Of a stretch of DNA of 64,000 bases, positions 52,901-60,795 are shown piece by piece; position 1 is the stretch's first letter, and the number at the start of each line of letters is the position of its first letter. The position numbers and the translations under genes are program-made. The DNA comes from Candidatus Anstonellales archaeon (GTDB lineage: Archaea; Micrarchaeota; Micrarchaeia; Anstonellales; J096). Location: positions 342,889 to 406,888 of the forward strand of contig JAWAFI010000001.1 of NCBI GenBank assembly GCA_038890615.1. Reading direction: 5' to 3'. The notes below the pieces were generated by a model. It did no database searches. It was given only the letters and a program-made list of their open reading frames with translations, and was not told the DNA's origin.

Positions 52901-53829
52901 CCGAACCATTTCTTTAGGCTTTCTTTTGGCCCATATTTTTTCTCAATAAGGTAGTTCACTCCCTCCCTTCCGTTCTTTTTTTCTATTTCTTTTAGAAGCT
53001 GTCTTAAATTAGCTACTGACTGGGCTGCATCAAAAGTTGAGGCATCTGCAGCCATTGCACTACTAAGGTTAGCATATCCTTCATTAAGCTGCATTACCTT
53101 TTGCACAACATCCTCTTCTTCCCCTATAACCTTTGCTAATTTCTCCCTGTTCCTTCTTACAAAATCCTTAAGCCGTGCTGCTCCTTCAAGCTGAGAGGGC
53201 CATTTTCCTTCTTTGATGGCCTCAATCAGCAACTTATTTACATATTTCTTTACCTGTGGATCCTTGCTCATTTCACTGTAGAGCTTTTCTGCAACTAGTC
53301 TTCCTTGTGTATCGACATCCCCCACCCTTCCCAAGAGTGCTAGAGATTGGATGAAATATTTTAGCACCATGCTTTTCTGGCTTTCTGTAAGCTCTTTTGG
53401 GTTGAAATATTGTGTTTCCAATTCACTAGGCTCTTCTTTCTTCTTATCTTCCTTTTTCGTTTTGTCTTCTTTCTCTCTCCTTTCTTCAGGTTTAGGTTCT
53501 ACCTTTTTAGGGACTTCTTCCCCCTTTTTCACTTTCTCCTCTCCTTTTGGTTGTGGTTCCTTCCCTGCCTTCCTCCTACCATAAACGATCTCCTCCATCT
53601 TCTCAACGATATGCTCTACGAGCTGTTTTTTAGTAAAATTTGGATTGTTTAGGTTTTTTATAAGGAATTCATCAATAAACTTATCTATCTTTTCCATCTT
53701 CCTTCTGCTTAGATTAAGGTATTCATTCCTTGGGTTTCTTCTGTTATATTTATCTATTGCCTCTAATCTGATTTCTATCATTTTTTTCCAATCATTGTTT
53801 GATATTTTTTCTTGAGCAGACACTGGCAT
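49963..53829 (-). CDS. Giant hypothetical protein (1288 aa): shared N-terminal module, K/E linker, helical region, beta-rich C-terminal half ending ...GIGGYWYWIF
   Basis: Uninterrupted 3.9-kb ORF. GGTGGA 5 nt upstream of ATG 53829. No signal peptide/TM and no recognisable catalytic motif. Confidence 0.7.
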   Translation of the reverse strand: MPVSAQEKISNNDWKKMIEIRLEAIDKYNRRNPRNEYLNLSRRKMEKIDKFIDEFLIKNLNNPNFTKKQLVEHIVEKMEEIVYGRRKAGKEPQPKGEEKVKKGEEVPKKVEPKPEERREKEDKTKKEDKKKEEPSELETQYFNPKELTESQKSMVLKYFIQSLALLGRVGDVDTQGRLVAEKLYSEMSKDPQVKKYVNKLLIEAIKEGKWPSQLEGAARLKDFVRRNREKLAKVIGEEEDVVQKVMQLNEGYANLSSAMAADASTFDAAQSVANLRQLLKEIEKKNGREGVNYLIEKKYGPKESLKKWFGVDGKDAYEVLLKALQKIENDKGFQGWRGGFAAQYGTFTKENKEKQLEHVSLLKNLDLLQQYSFYSNLVPVIRESNYVGVMGKWNEEKKGYEYVLDSKMDEVEWLRLFAEHFGAVKLDSTKLELINSFYPHLLGQIEDLGVFIDVLNAVTVAESKIISYYTWEAESKVVEHFERKKEVVSFSLQEMMKILINEMYQDRGLSTAASTIYGYGSNAQIRDESMRLLGPTEQWVRNFYISQRGYPSAFSLYPGANALFPMLTRGEQAVEELRGPYERPNFGMPFDAETRSILSTKRYVPVLPFKILSSSLSKFIVEMERPKFFDKTKFLETTGVLSGRYYDRGERDVGYGTITASFIGIGRLDTTITTDFHRYRLDSILNDISNGENWTFDGRVSAVVGEEEEELHTALDLMVKEGLLKGNTLLFFDKTEKGYSVRGYFHDTETGYWYRVHFDAPKEGLDRLLIAMSGNSAEMKIMASEDRLVGGLLSMSTNNFAAFAAAADNASAVGLLMSEGNKYGYVEVYGPPVIKGGEKSLDYGLMAGYFVGRDRKKDFMWLGIAGESKEENNYYVASYGMKEGNISVDASIFNLRRYSGKGTGVGGTFGGHLSEEEWDGLILGTFAKETLLGMDSIILQGTYGKGNNTKQTVQLSYYNYAQEFSFALLELAYINVNIREELKRYQEKLDEINSTEGDKGKLHAELGRIKSNIERYLKRGRSALSLFALSQTYYGALYAVNKKGLGKLELAALYGKEGNYGVNAFIKIDGGVAASMGLFEYTQAEKMTEVQEAQVVVPISSAVLGVVVKKIKESGSEGVISTDSLYAGIKSGNITLVMGYTEGNMAQSITPEKIAEYFKDAKITLGEVGIEVRTKNGLKWYVGFTKQGMVLIDANAQAKDVTDELLTFHGGIYSLRVNNEGKLALTDIRFYLGGGKTNFEGGPIKELVMGVAVDMKKGSDSSGVLDIKFEKVGQSWAIGIGGYWYWIF
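53657..53815. repeat. Direct repeat copy A (159 bp, 1 mismatch to copy B)
   Basis: TTTATAAGGAATTCATCAATAAACTTATC...CAATCATTGTTTGATATTTTTTCTTGA is identical to 57196..57354 except 53702 C versus 57241 T. It codes the N-terminal module of the giant protein. Confidence 0.95.
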
Positions 53830-53860
53830 CTATCCACCTATAAAAATAAGGGCTGGGCAT

Positions 53861-53870
53861 ATATTTAAAC
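53861..53870. promoter_or_regulatory. TATA-like box in the 61-nt divergent region between the giant gene and 53891 ORF
   Basis: ATATTTAAAC is ~25 nt upstream of ATG 53891 (+, leaderless pattern) and ~36 nt upstream of ATG 53829 (-, which additionally has GGTGGA). Confidence 0.4.
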
Positions 53871-53890
53871 CTAATCTTTCTTTCCCTATT

Positions 53891-54652
53891 ATGGAAAAGC
53901 AGGAGAAACTAATTACAGAGCTTATGGCCGCCGAGAGAAAATATCTCGAGCTCCACTTCATTACCCTCTATAAGCTCACAACAGGAGTAGAAGCAGAGCA
54001 AGAGCTGCAGGAAAAGGCAGAGCTTGAGAGAAGGATAGCAGAGCTCCATTCAAAGCTTTCAGGCTTAAAGCTCTTCTTCCCATTCCAAAACAACATAGAG
54101 GCGCTTACTGCAAGGATTTCTGCCCATACAGAGCAGGAGGTTGTAAAGGCGCTGAGGGAGAAGAGCGGGGAGCTCTACGAGCTGATAAAAAGCAGAGGTG
54201 TTTTGATAAGGCAGAACTTTGACAGGCAGGAAGATATTGCCCGTTTGATCTGCTTTGTCAATAGGCTTGGTGGTTCAGAGGAGATAATAAAGATGGTGAA
54301 GGAAGGAAAGTGGGACAGGGAGATGCAGGTAAAGGATGCTGCTGAGCTTGCCAAGCACCTTAACAGGGCAGGCATAACCTGCAAGGCTCAAGGGGATAAG
54401 GTAGTGCCTGGGGAGATGGAAGAGAAGGAGCGCCTTATCCAAGTTGATGAAAGGAAAATTTGGCTTCCAGCGCAGAAGGCAGAAGAGCTTGAGAGGCTCC
54501 TAAAGGAACTCAACGAGGTAAACCTCAAGATACAGCTGAAGAACGCAGAGAGGCAGATAAAGGTGTTCAGCGAGCAGGAGGAGAAAGATTTCACTGAGCT
54601 CCAGATTAAGTATTTAGAGCTGATAAAGAAAAAGAAGGAGATTATAGGTTAG
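53891..54652 (+). CDS. Hypothetical coiled-coil protein (253 aa)
   Basis: E/K/L-rich heptad-like sequence at both ends with a small central globular part; correctly spaced TATA box; no family recognised. Confidence 0.55.
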   Translation: MEKQEKLITELMAAERKYLELHFITLYKLTTGVEAEQELQEKAELERRIAELHSKLSGLKLFFPFQNNIEALTARISAHTEQEVVKALREKSGELYELIKSRGVLIRQNFDRQEDIARLICFVNRLGGSEEIIKMVKEGKWDREMQVKDAAELAKHLNRAGITCKAQGDKVVPGEMEEKERLIQVDERKIWLPAQKAEELERLLKELNEVNLKIQLKNAERQIKVFSEQEEKDFTELQIKYLELIKKKKEIIG

Positions 54653-54654
54653 AG

Positions 54655-56280
54655 TTACTCAAAATCTTCCTTCTCTGACTCAGGAGCCTTTGATGTTGTG
54701 CTTCCCTTTGCACTTATTATATCATCAATCCTAAGCATGAGCCTTGCTGTCTCTGTTGCGCTTGCAATTGCCTGCCTCTTGACTTTAGTTGGTTCAAAAA
54801 TGCCTTTCTTCTTCAGGTCTCCTACTTCCCCTGCCATAACGTCGACGCCATATATATGGCCCTTCTGGTGCATGTTCCTTAGCTTCACGATTGTTTCAAT
54901 TGCATCCATGCCAGCATTCTCTGCAAGCGCCTTCGGCACTGCTTCCAATGCATCTGCAAATGCCTGTATTGCAAGCTGCTCCCTCCCTCCTATCTGCTTT
55001 GCATATTCGTTGATCTTGTTGCTTAGTGCCATCTCTGCTGCGCCTCCGCCTATAACATAAGAGCCCTCTTCAATTGTTGAGATCACAGCTCCCCTTGCAT
55101 CTACAATAGCCCTCTCAACCTCGCTAACAACATGCTCTGTGCCTCCTCTTACGAATATTGTAACGCTCTTTGGGTTCTTGCAGTTTTCTACAAAAACCAT
55201 AGCTTCCCCGCTTATTTTCCTTTCTTCAACAAGGCCTGCATATCCCAAATCACTTTCTTTTAAGTCATCCAAGCTTGTGACTATCTTCGCCCCTGTTGCC
55301 CTTGCAAGCTTCTCCATGTCGCTTTTCTTCACCCTCCTAACTGCAAGGATTTTCTCCTTTGCTAGGAAGTGCTGTGCTGTGTCATCAATGCCTTTCTGCA
55401 CAAAGACCGCAGTAGCCCCGCTCTTCTTTATCTTCTCAACCATGTCTCTAAGCATCTTCTCTTCCTGCTTTAGGAAGCTCTCAAGCTGCTCTGGCCCTGT
55501 GATCTCTATCTTTGCGTCAGTCTCTGTTTTCTCAATCTCAAGGGCTGAATCAATAAGTGCTATCTTGGCATCCTTGACTAGCTTAGGCATCCCAGGATGG
55601 ACCACTTCTTTGTCAATAACAACCCCTTTCACAAGCTTGGTGTCCATTATCTCCCCGCCTGCCTTTTTCTCTATCTTTATAAGCTCAGAGTCAATGCTTT
55701 TCTTGCCATCCTTGTTTTCTACCACTTGGAGCACTGATTCAACGACATAGCCAGCAAGCACCTCTTTTTCTGCAGGGCTGCCTATTCCTTTTGATCCCAT
55801 TGCAACAAGCGCTATCTTTGAAAGCACATCCTTGCCGTCTGCGCCCGTTGAAATCTCCTTAAGGAATTCCTCTGCCTTTGCAGAAGCGAGCTCGTAGCCC
55901 TTTATTATAGTTGTTGGGTGTATTCCTTGCTCTAGCAAGTCCCCTGCCCTCTTAAGCAGATTACCTGCTATTACCACAGAGGTAGTGGTGCCATCTCCTA
56001 CCTCCTTGTCCTGCGTCTTTGCTATCTCTACCATAAGCTTTGCAGCAGGGTGGTCTACATTCATCTCCTCAAGTATCGTTGCTCCATCATTTGTTATCAC
56101 TATGTCCCCCATGTCTGTCACAAGCATCTTGTCCATGCCTTTTGGCCCAAGAGTTGTCTTTATTATGTTCGCTATCGCATAGCCAATGGCTATGTTTATC
56201 CTCATTGCATCCCTGCCTATGACCCTTTGGGAGCCTTCAGGCAATACCATTACCTGCTCTCCAGTTACCTGTTTAGCCAT
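54655..56280 (-). CDS. ths: Thermosome subunit (group II chaperonin)
   Basis: [25 protein letters not shown]..., [30 protein letters not shown] motifs. GGTGAGG Shine-Dalgarno upstream of ATG 56280; the ORF-track GTG at 56289 lies inside that SD. Confidence 0.95.
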   Translation of the reverse strand: MAKQVTGEQVMVLPEGSQRVIGRDAMRINIAIGYAIANIIKTTLGPKGMDKMLVTDMGDIVITNDGATILEEMNVDHPAAKLMVEIAKTQDKEVGDGTTTSVVIAGNLLKRAGDLLEQGIHPTTIIKGYELASAKAEEFLKEISTGADGKDVLSKIALVAMGSKGIGSPAEKEVLAGYVVESVLQVVENKDGKKSIDSELIKIEKKAGGEIMDTKLVKGVVIDKEVVHPGMPKLVKDAKIALIDSALEIEKTETDAKIEITGPEQLESFLKQEEKMLRDMVEKIKKSGATAVFVQKGIDDTAQHFLAKEKILAVRRVKKSDMEKLARATGAKIVTSLDDLKESDLGYAGLVEERKISGEAMVFVENCKNPKSVTIFVRGGTEHVVSEVERAIVDARGAVISTIEEGSYVIGGGAAEMALSNKINEYAKQIGGREQLAIQAFADALEAVPKALAENAGMDAIETIVKLRNMHQKGHIYGVDVMAGEVGDLKKKGIFEPTKVKRQAIASATETARLMLRIDDIISAKGSTTSKAPESEKEDFE

Positions 56281-56375
56281 ATTCCTCACCTCACAAAATA
56301 TACACTAATTTTGCTCAGAGTATTTCTTAAATCTTTAATTTTAGCAAATCTTTATAAATTTTTGCATTAAACTCC

Positions 56376-57572
56376 TTACTTGTTTTGTTTTTCTCTCATC
56401 TTTTCTTCTTCAGCGGCTATTTTCCTCTGTTTCATTAGCAAGTCTATTTCGTAAGGATAAAAAACCTTAGAGATGCCCGACGTCATGAACGTTATAGCGT
56501 CTTCAAGAGGACATTTTGGGTCTTTTATACATGCCTTGGCCAACTCAATAAGCATAAGTTCTTCTGATTCTGTGAGTTGTCCTCTATATTTTTCATTTAT
56601 CTCTTTTATATTGTAAGAAAAAATAACATAGTCTCCTTGTTCTAGCATCCTTTTAAGCTTTTTCCTAAATTCCTCCAATTGATTATTTATTTCCTGAAAA
56701 CCTATATCAGTATTTGCTCCTGCGAGCATTAGATCAACGATCTTTTCAACTGGGCAACCAACCACAATGCAATTATGAAGTTCTTGCCCTAATTCATTAG
56801 CTCTTTTCTCTCCAATCTCTGCTCTTCTCGTTTTATTTATCATCAATAGCATATCTCTATCACTTGGATTAAGATTTTTTTCTTTCATCCCTCTTATTAC
56901 CCTCTCCCTTAAATCCTTTTCTATCCCTATTTTCTCGATGCTTTTTGAGGCTTTTTCCATATTTGGTGGGGCAGGTTTTTTCTCTTGGACATTGCTCTTT
57001 GGTGCTTCTTCTGATGGAAGTTTTGTTGGTGGAGGAGAGGCATTAGTTTTTTCTACCACAGTAGCATTGGCTTTAGTTCTCTGCCCATCAACTGATGTTA
57101 CAGGGCTGTTATAAGTTTTCTTTACTCCAGCAATCTCTTCCATTTTTTTTACTATGCTTTCTACGAGCTGCTCTTTACTTAGCTTGTTTATATTATTTAT
57201 AAGGAATTCATCAATAAACTTATCTATCTTTTCCATCTTCTTTCTGCTTAGATTAAGGTATTCATTCCTTGGGTTTCTTCTGTTATATTTATCTATTGCC
57301 TCTAATCTGATTTCTATCATTTTTTTCCAATCATTGTTTGATATTTTTTCTTGATGTTCTTTCGTCTCTTTTGCCCCACCACGGTTGCTATAGCTAGTGG
57401 TAGCTGATGTTCCGCAAGCAATGCTAAAAGAGAGAAACATGGCTAGAGCTGCTCCTGCTAATTTTTTTAGCAACCATTTCTTTGTTGGTTTCTCTTCTGC
57501 CAACGGCTCTAAACACTTAAACTTTGTTTTATAGGTCTCTTTTCCTTTTTCGGTAATTGTTTTGCTTTTCAT
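56376..57572 (-). CDS. Membrane-anchored/lipoprotein-like hypothetical protein carrying the module shared with the giant protein
   Basis: Basic N-terminus, hydrophobic helix LAGAALAMFLSFSIAC, then EKISNNDWKKMIEIRLEAIDKYNRRNPRNEYLNLSRKKMEKIDKFIDEFLI (repeat copy B), P/S/T/K linker and an unassigned helical C-terminal domain. Confidence 0.6.
   Translation of the reverse strand: MKSKTITEKGKETYKTKFKCLEPLAEEKPTKKWLLKKLAGAALAMFLSFSIACGTSATTSYSNRGGAKETKEHQEKISNNDWKKMIEIRLEAIDKYNRRNPRNEYLNLSRKKMEKIDKFIDEFLINNINKLSKEQLVESIVKKMEEIAGVKKTYNSPVTSVDGQRTKANATVVEKTNASPPPTKLPSEEAPKSNVQEKKPAPPNMEKASKSIEKIGIEKDLRERVIRGMKEKNLNPSDRDMLLMINKTRRAEIGEKRANELGQELHNCIVVGCPVEKIVDLMLAGANTDIGFQEINNQLEEFRKKLKRMLEQGDYVIFSYNIKEINEKYRGQLTESEELMLIELAKACIKDPKCPLEDAITFMTSGISKVFYPYEIDLLMKQRKIAAEEEKMREKQNK
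57196..57354. repeat. Direct repeat copy B (159 bp)
   Basis: See copy A (53657..53815). Offset is 3539 bp in the same orientation. Confidence 0.95.
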
Positions 57573-57585
57573 GAGTGTTATTTTT

Positions 57586-57897
57586 CTAATCTCTCTTTTT
57601 AAATTTTTCTATGCTTACCTTTCCTTTTTCTATATAATGAGGGGTTCCTTTTGGTATTACTATCTCCTCTCCTTTCATGAGCATAATCTCTCTAGTGCCT
57701 ATGTGAACTACGCTGTCCTCAAGTGCTATATAACGTTGGCTTTTTTCATGGATGTGCTCTTTGAATGAGCCCCTCGCACTCCTGTTTTCTCGCTCATTCC
57801 AAGAAAGCGTTATATCCTTTCCCTCCTTCTTGACTATAAAACTTTTCCTCCATTTTTCCCCCTTCTTCTTAAATAAGCCTAAAATCCTCTCTTTCAT
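57586..57897 (-). CDS. Cupin-domain protein
   Basis: HIHEKSQRYIALEDSVVHIG (HxH...E motif 1) and GEEIVIPKGTPHYIE (PxGxxH motif 2). Confidence 0.65.
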   Translation of the reverse strand: MKERILGLFKKKGEKWRKSFIVKKEGKDITLSWNERENRSARGSFKEHIHEKSQRYIALEDSVVHIGTREIMLMKGEEIVIPKGTPHYIEKGKVSIEKFKKRD

Positions 57898-57898
57898 C

Positions 57899-58360
57899 CT
57901 AATCCATCTCCCTTGCTGCCTTGAAGCTCAACTCAAGTATGCCGTTTTTGTACCTCTTCTGCATGCTCTTGAAGTCTATGCCCTTTACTGCTATCCTTTT
58001 CTTTACCTTCTTCCCATCAAACCTTTGCCCTTCTATTACTATCCCTCCTGTGGCTTCCTTCACTTCTATAGTTTTCTCTTCTACTCCAGGCATTTCCATT
58101 ATAACTTTTACCCCTTCCTTGCTAGGGATTATGTCAACAAGGAACCCTTCATCTTCTGGCTTGAAGCCCTCATTGTAAATCGTTTTTGGCTTGCCGTCGC
58201 TGCCTATCCTTATAGTTACTGAATAGCCTTTTGGCATATGCTCCCTGCTCTGCCTCTTGGGTATGCTGAATAAATCATCATCAAACCCGAACATTCTTTT
58301 TATCATCTTTCGCATTATCTCAAACTCGTCTTCAAAGTCGTCTTCCATAAACATCACCAT
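57899..58360 (-). CDS. Small heat-shock protein (Hsp20/alpha-crystallin family)
   Basis: Alpha-crystallin domain: VDIIPSKEGVKVIMEMPGVEEKTIEVK ... KRYKNGILELSFKA. Confidence 0.85.
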   Translation of the reverse strand: MVMFMEDDFEDEFEIMRKMIKRMFGFDDDLFSIPKRQSREHMPKGYSVTIRIGSDGKPKTIYNEGFKPEDEGFLVDIIPSKEGVKVIMEMPGVEEKTIEVKEATGGIVIEGQRFDGKKVKKRIAVKGIDFKSMQKRYKNGILELSFKAAREMD

Positions 58361-58452
58361 CTAATAATACTTAACAACCATTTAATAATCTTGCCCTAAC
58401 CAATGCCAAAATATTTAAAAACAAGCACAATATAGCAGAAAGAGGGGATCTA

Positions 58453-59685
58453 ATGGATACAAAGAAGTTCCTTGCCTTTGCTGGTTTGGCATTAGTAGTT
58501 ACAGCTCTGCTTTACTTTTTCGCCCCAAGGGACAAGGGTATTTACCTTGATGCAATAATAAAGTCAATGGAGCAGGAATCGCTCGCAAGACCTGTTTCTA
58601 TAAGTGGTTATGAGAACAGCACATCAATGGAAAGGGCATACCAGATAAATTATGATGGGGCAAATGCCATGGTGAAGGCAATATACGCTTTCTACACAAA
58701 GAGCTTGTATGTGATGAATGGCACTGAATACGTTTGCCTTTCTTACCAAGGAAGCTACGCTTGCGACAAGCAGACAAGCAATGACCTAAAATCCATCATC
58801 GTTACAAAGGACCAGGCAGAAAGGATAGCAAAAGAAATGAAATTCCTATGGGCAAACAAGGCTCTTTCAATAAAGGGTATTGAAGAAACCTCTGAGTGCA
58901 CAAAAATTGAGTATGTTATTGATTACACCAAGCTCACTACAGCTCAGCTTAGGGAAATCGGGCTGAGCCCAACTGATTCTGTTGTTTACATTGGCTCATT
59001 TAGGCATGTCTTATGCTATTCAAAGGATTACAAGCCTGTATATAGGGAGCTTTACTATGCCTTGAATGGCAACCAGTACTCTTATAAGAGAGGGTATAAG
59101 TTTGAGGAAGGGAGCACAGTTTTCAGCCCTGCTGCTGATGCCCAGAAGTACGCAGAGGTAAAGGCATCAATAAACAACGTGCTTGTCCAGCTTGAAAAAT
59201 GCCTATCCTCCCCAAGCGCAATCCAGTGCATAGAAGGAGTTGCTTACCATGAGGACAATGAGCAGATATGTGGCATCTTAGAGGACCAAGAGCGCTGCAA
59301 GCTTAGGATTTTGGTTGGAAAGGGCAAACCTTCGCTTTGCGAAGGGCTCAGCGCTCTAAAAGACGACTGCTATGGTCAATACGCACTACAGCTTGGCAAC
59401 ACCTCACTGTGCGAAAAAATCTCCTCAGCCCAGAAAAAGCAGGAATGCATATCAATGATCAGCAGCCGCTGCTACTCTGATTCTGATTGCGCCATAGGGG
59501 GTTGCTCAGGCGAGCTATGCGGCCTCAAAGGCGAGGAGATGGTAAGCACCTGCATATACAAGCCAGAGTACGATTGCCTTAAATATAGCTCATGCACATG
59601 CATAAGCGGAAAGTGCCAGTGGAAGCGCACAGGTGAATACTTAGATTGCCTCTCAAGCCTCGGTAAGGCTGAGGCAGAAGGCTAG
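58453..59685 (+). CDS. Membrane-anchored/secreted protein with Cys-rich C-terminal region
   Basis: N-terminal TM FLAFAGLALVVTALLYFFAP. The last ~170 aa contain >20 Cys, ending CYSDSDCAIGGCSGELCGLKGEEMVSTCIYKPEYDCLKYSSCTCISGKCQWK. AGAGGGGA Shine-Dalgarno and an ATATTTAAAAA box lie upstream. Confidence 0.65.
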   Translation: MDTKKFLAFAGLALVVTALLYFFAPRDKGIYLDAIIKSMEQESLARPVSISGYENSTSMERAYQINYDGANAMVKAIYAFYTKSLYVMNGTEYVCLSYQGSYACDKQTSNDLKSIIVTKDQAERIAKEMKFLWANKALSIKGIEETSECTKIEYVIDYTKLTTAQLREIGLSPTDSVVYIGSFRHVLCYSKDYKPVYRELYYALNGNQYSYKRGYKFEEGSTVFSPAADAQKYAEVKASINNVLVQLEKCLSSPSAIQCIEGVAYHEDNEQICGILEDQERCKLRILVGKGKPSLCEGLSALKDDCYGQYALQLGNTSLCEKISSAQKKQECISMISSRCYSDSDCAIGGCSGELCGLKGEEMVSTCIYKPEYDCLKYSSCTCISGKCQWKRTGEYLDCLSSLGKAEAEG

Positions 59686-59742
59686 CTCTCTATCTTTGTG
59701 AAAAGATAGGCAGCAAGGAGCACGCATGCAGCCAAGAAACCC

Positions 59743-60795
59743 TTATATCAGCAAAGGTATGGCATTGAAGGCAAGCCTTGAAAGCTGGACTATGGTATTC
59801 CTGTTTATGGCCTTGCTTACCCTTTCCATCTCCCCATACTTGCTTAGCAGTGTGTCTATCTCAAGGGCTTTTAGCATAACTCCAAAATCATATAGCCTTC
59901 TGTTGTCCATCCTTCTTACCAAAGCCATTATATACCTATGGAGCAGAAGGTCCTTGAGGTAGCTTGCCCTCCACTCCTTCTCATAAGCATCGGAGTTTCT
60001 GGTTTTGCCTGCTATTGCGCCGCAGCTCATTCCTATAATGACCCCCCCTCCTGTTGTCTGCTTTACCTGCCCTGCTGCGTTTCCTGCAAGCAGCACCTGC
60101 CTTCCATTGACCTCCATAGAGGTTATTTCTCTTAGCTGCATTGGGATTACATTCATCCTCTCAACCTTTGCGCTCATGCCTATGCTCCTTGTGAAAAGCG
60201 AAAAGCTGCTTATTGGCTCGCCAAAAGTTCCTATGCCAAATTCTGCTGTCCCATCCCCTTGGGGTATGACCCAGCCAAAAAGCCCAACCCACCTTGAGTC
60301 AATGTAAACCCTCACTATGCTTTCATCAGGCCATCTGCAATAACCTTTTGCAGTCCTTACAAACCTCTTTATGTCAGGAAAGCCAAACCTCCTTGCTACT
60401 GTTGAGAACGCCCCATCAGCCCCTATTATGACATTGCCCCTGAAATGATCAGCCCTTTTCCCCAGATGGAGCTTTGCTCCGTTGTCAACTGCCTTCTGGG
60501 CAAGCGCCTTGTCCCATCCCTTCCTGTCCACCACATAGGCCACTCCCTCCCTTCCCACGAATATTTCCTTGCCTCCAAAGCTTATGATTGCCCCATCTAT
60601 CCTGTTTAGCACATGCTCCTTCCAGTTTATGTACTTGCGGAGCCCTTCCATGCCATCCCTTGATAAAAGCCCTGAGCAGTGGGATGGCTCCCCAACCTCT
60701 TTCTTGATTTCATAAATATCAACCCTTTCCCCTGCTTCCAATCCCTCTATTGCAGCAGTGCATCCTACAGGGCCTGCGCCTATTATTTCTATCAT
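59743..60795 (-). CDS. Geranylgeranyl reductase-family FAD-dependent oxidoreductase
   Basis: MIEIIGAGPVGCTAA dinucleotide-binding motif, GADGAFSTV, LAGNAAGQVKQTTGGGV motifs. Confidence 0.85.
   Translation of the reverse strand: MIEIIGAGPVGCTAAIEGLEAGERVDIYEIKKEVGEPSHCSGLLSRDGMEGLRKYINWKEHVLNRIDGAIISFGGKEIFVGREGVAYVVDRKGWDKALAQKAVDNGAKLHLGKRADHFRGNVIIGADGAFSTVARRFGFPDIKRFVRTAKGYCRWPDESIVRVYIDSRWVGLFGWVIPQGDGTAEFGIGTFGEPISSFSLFTRSIGMSAKVERMNVIPMQLREITSMEVNGRQVLLAGNAAGQVKQTTGGGVIIGMSCGAIAGKTRNSDAYEKEWRASYLKDLLLHRYIMALVRRMDNRRLYDFGVMLKALEIDTLLSKYGEMERVSKAINRNTIVQLSRLAFNAIPLLI

Noticed and set aside
53657-57354. The 159-bp direct repeats as termini of a mobile element or insertion sequence
   Set aside because: Both copies are in-frame coding sequence of intact genes. 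The intervening DNA carries the thermosome gene and a coiled-coil gene, with no transposase or integrase. There are no inverted termini or target-site duplications.
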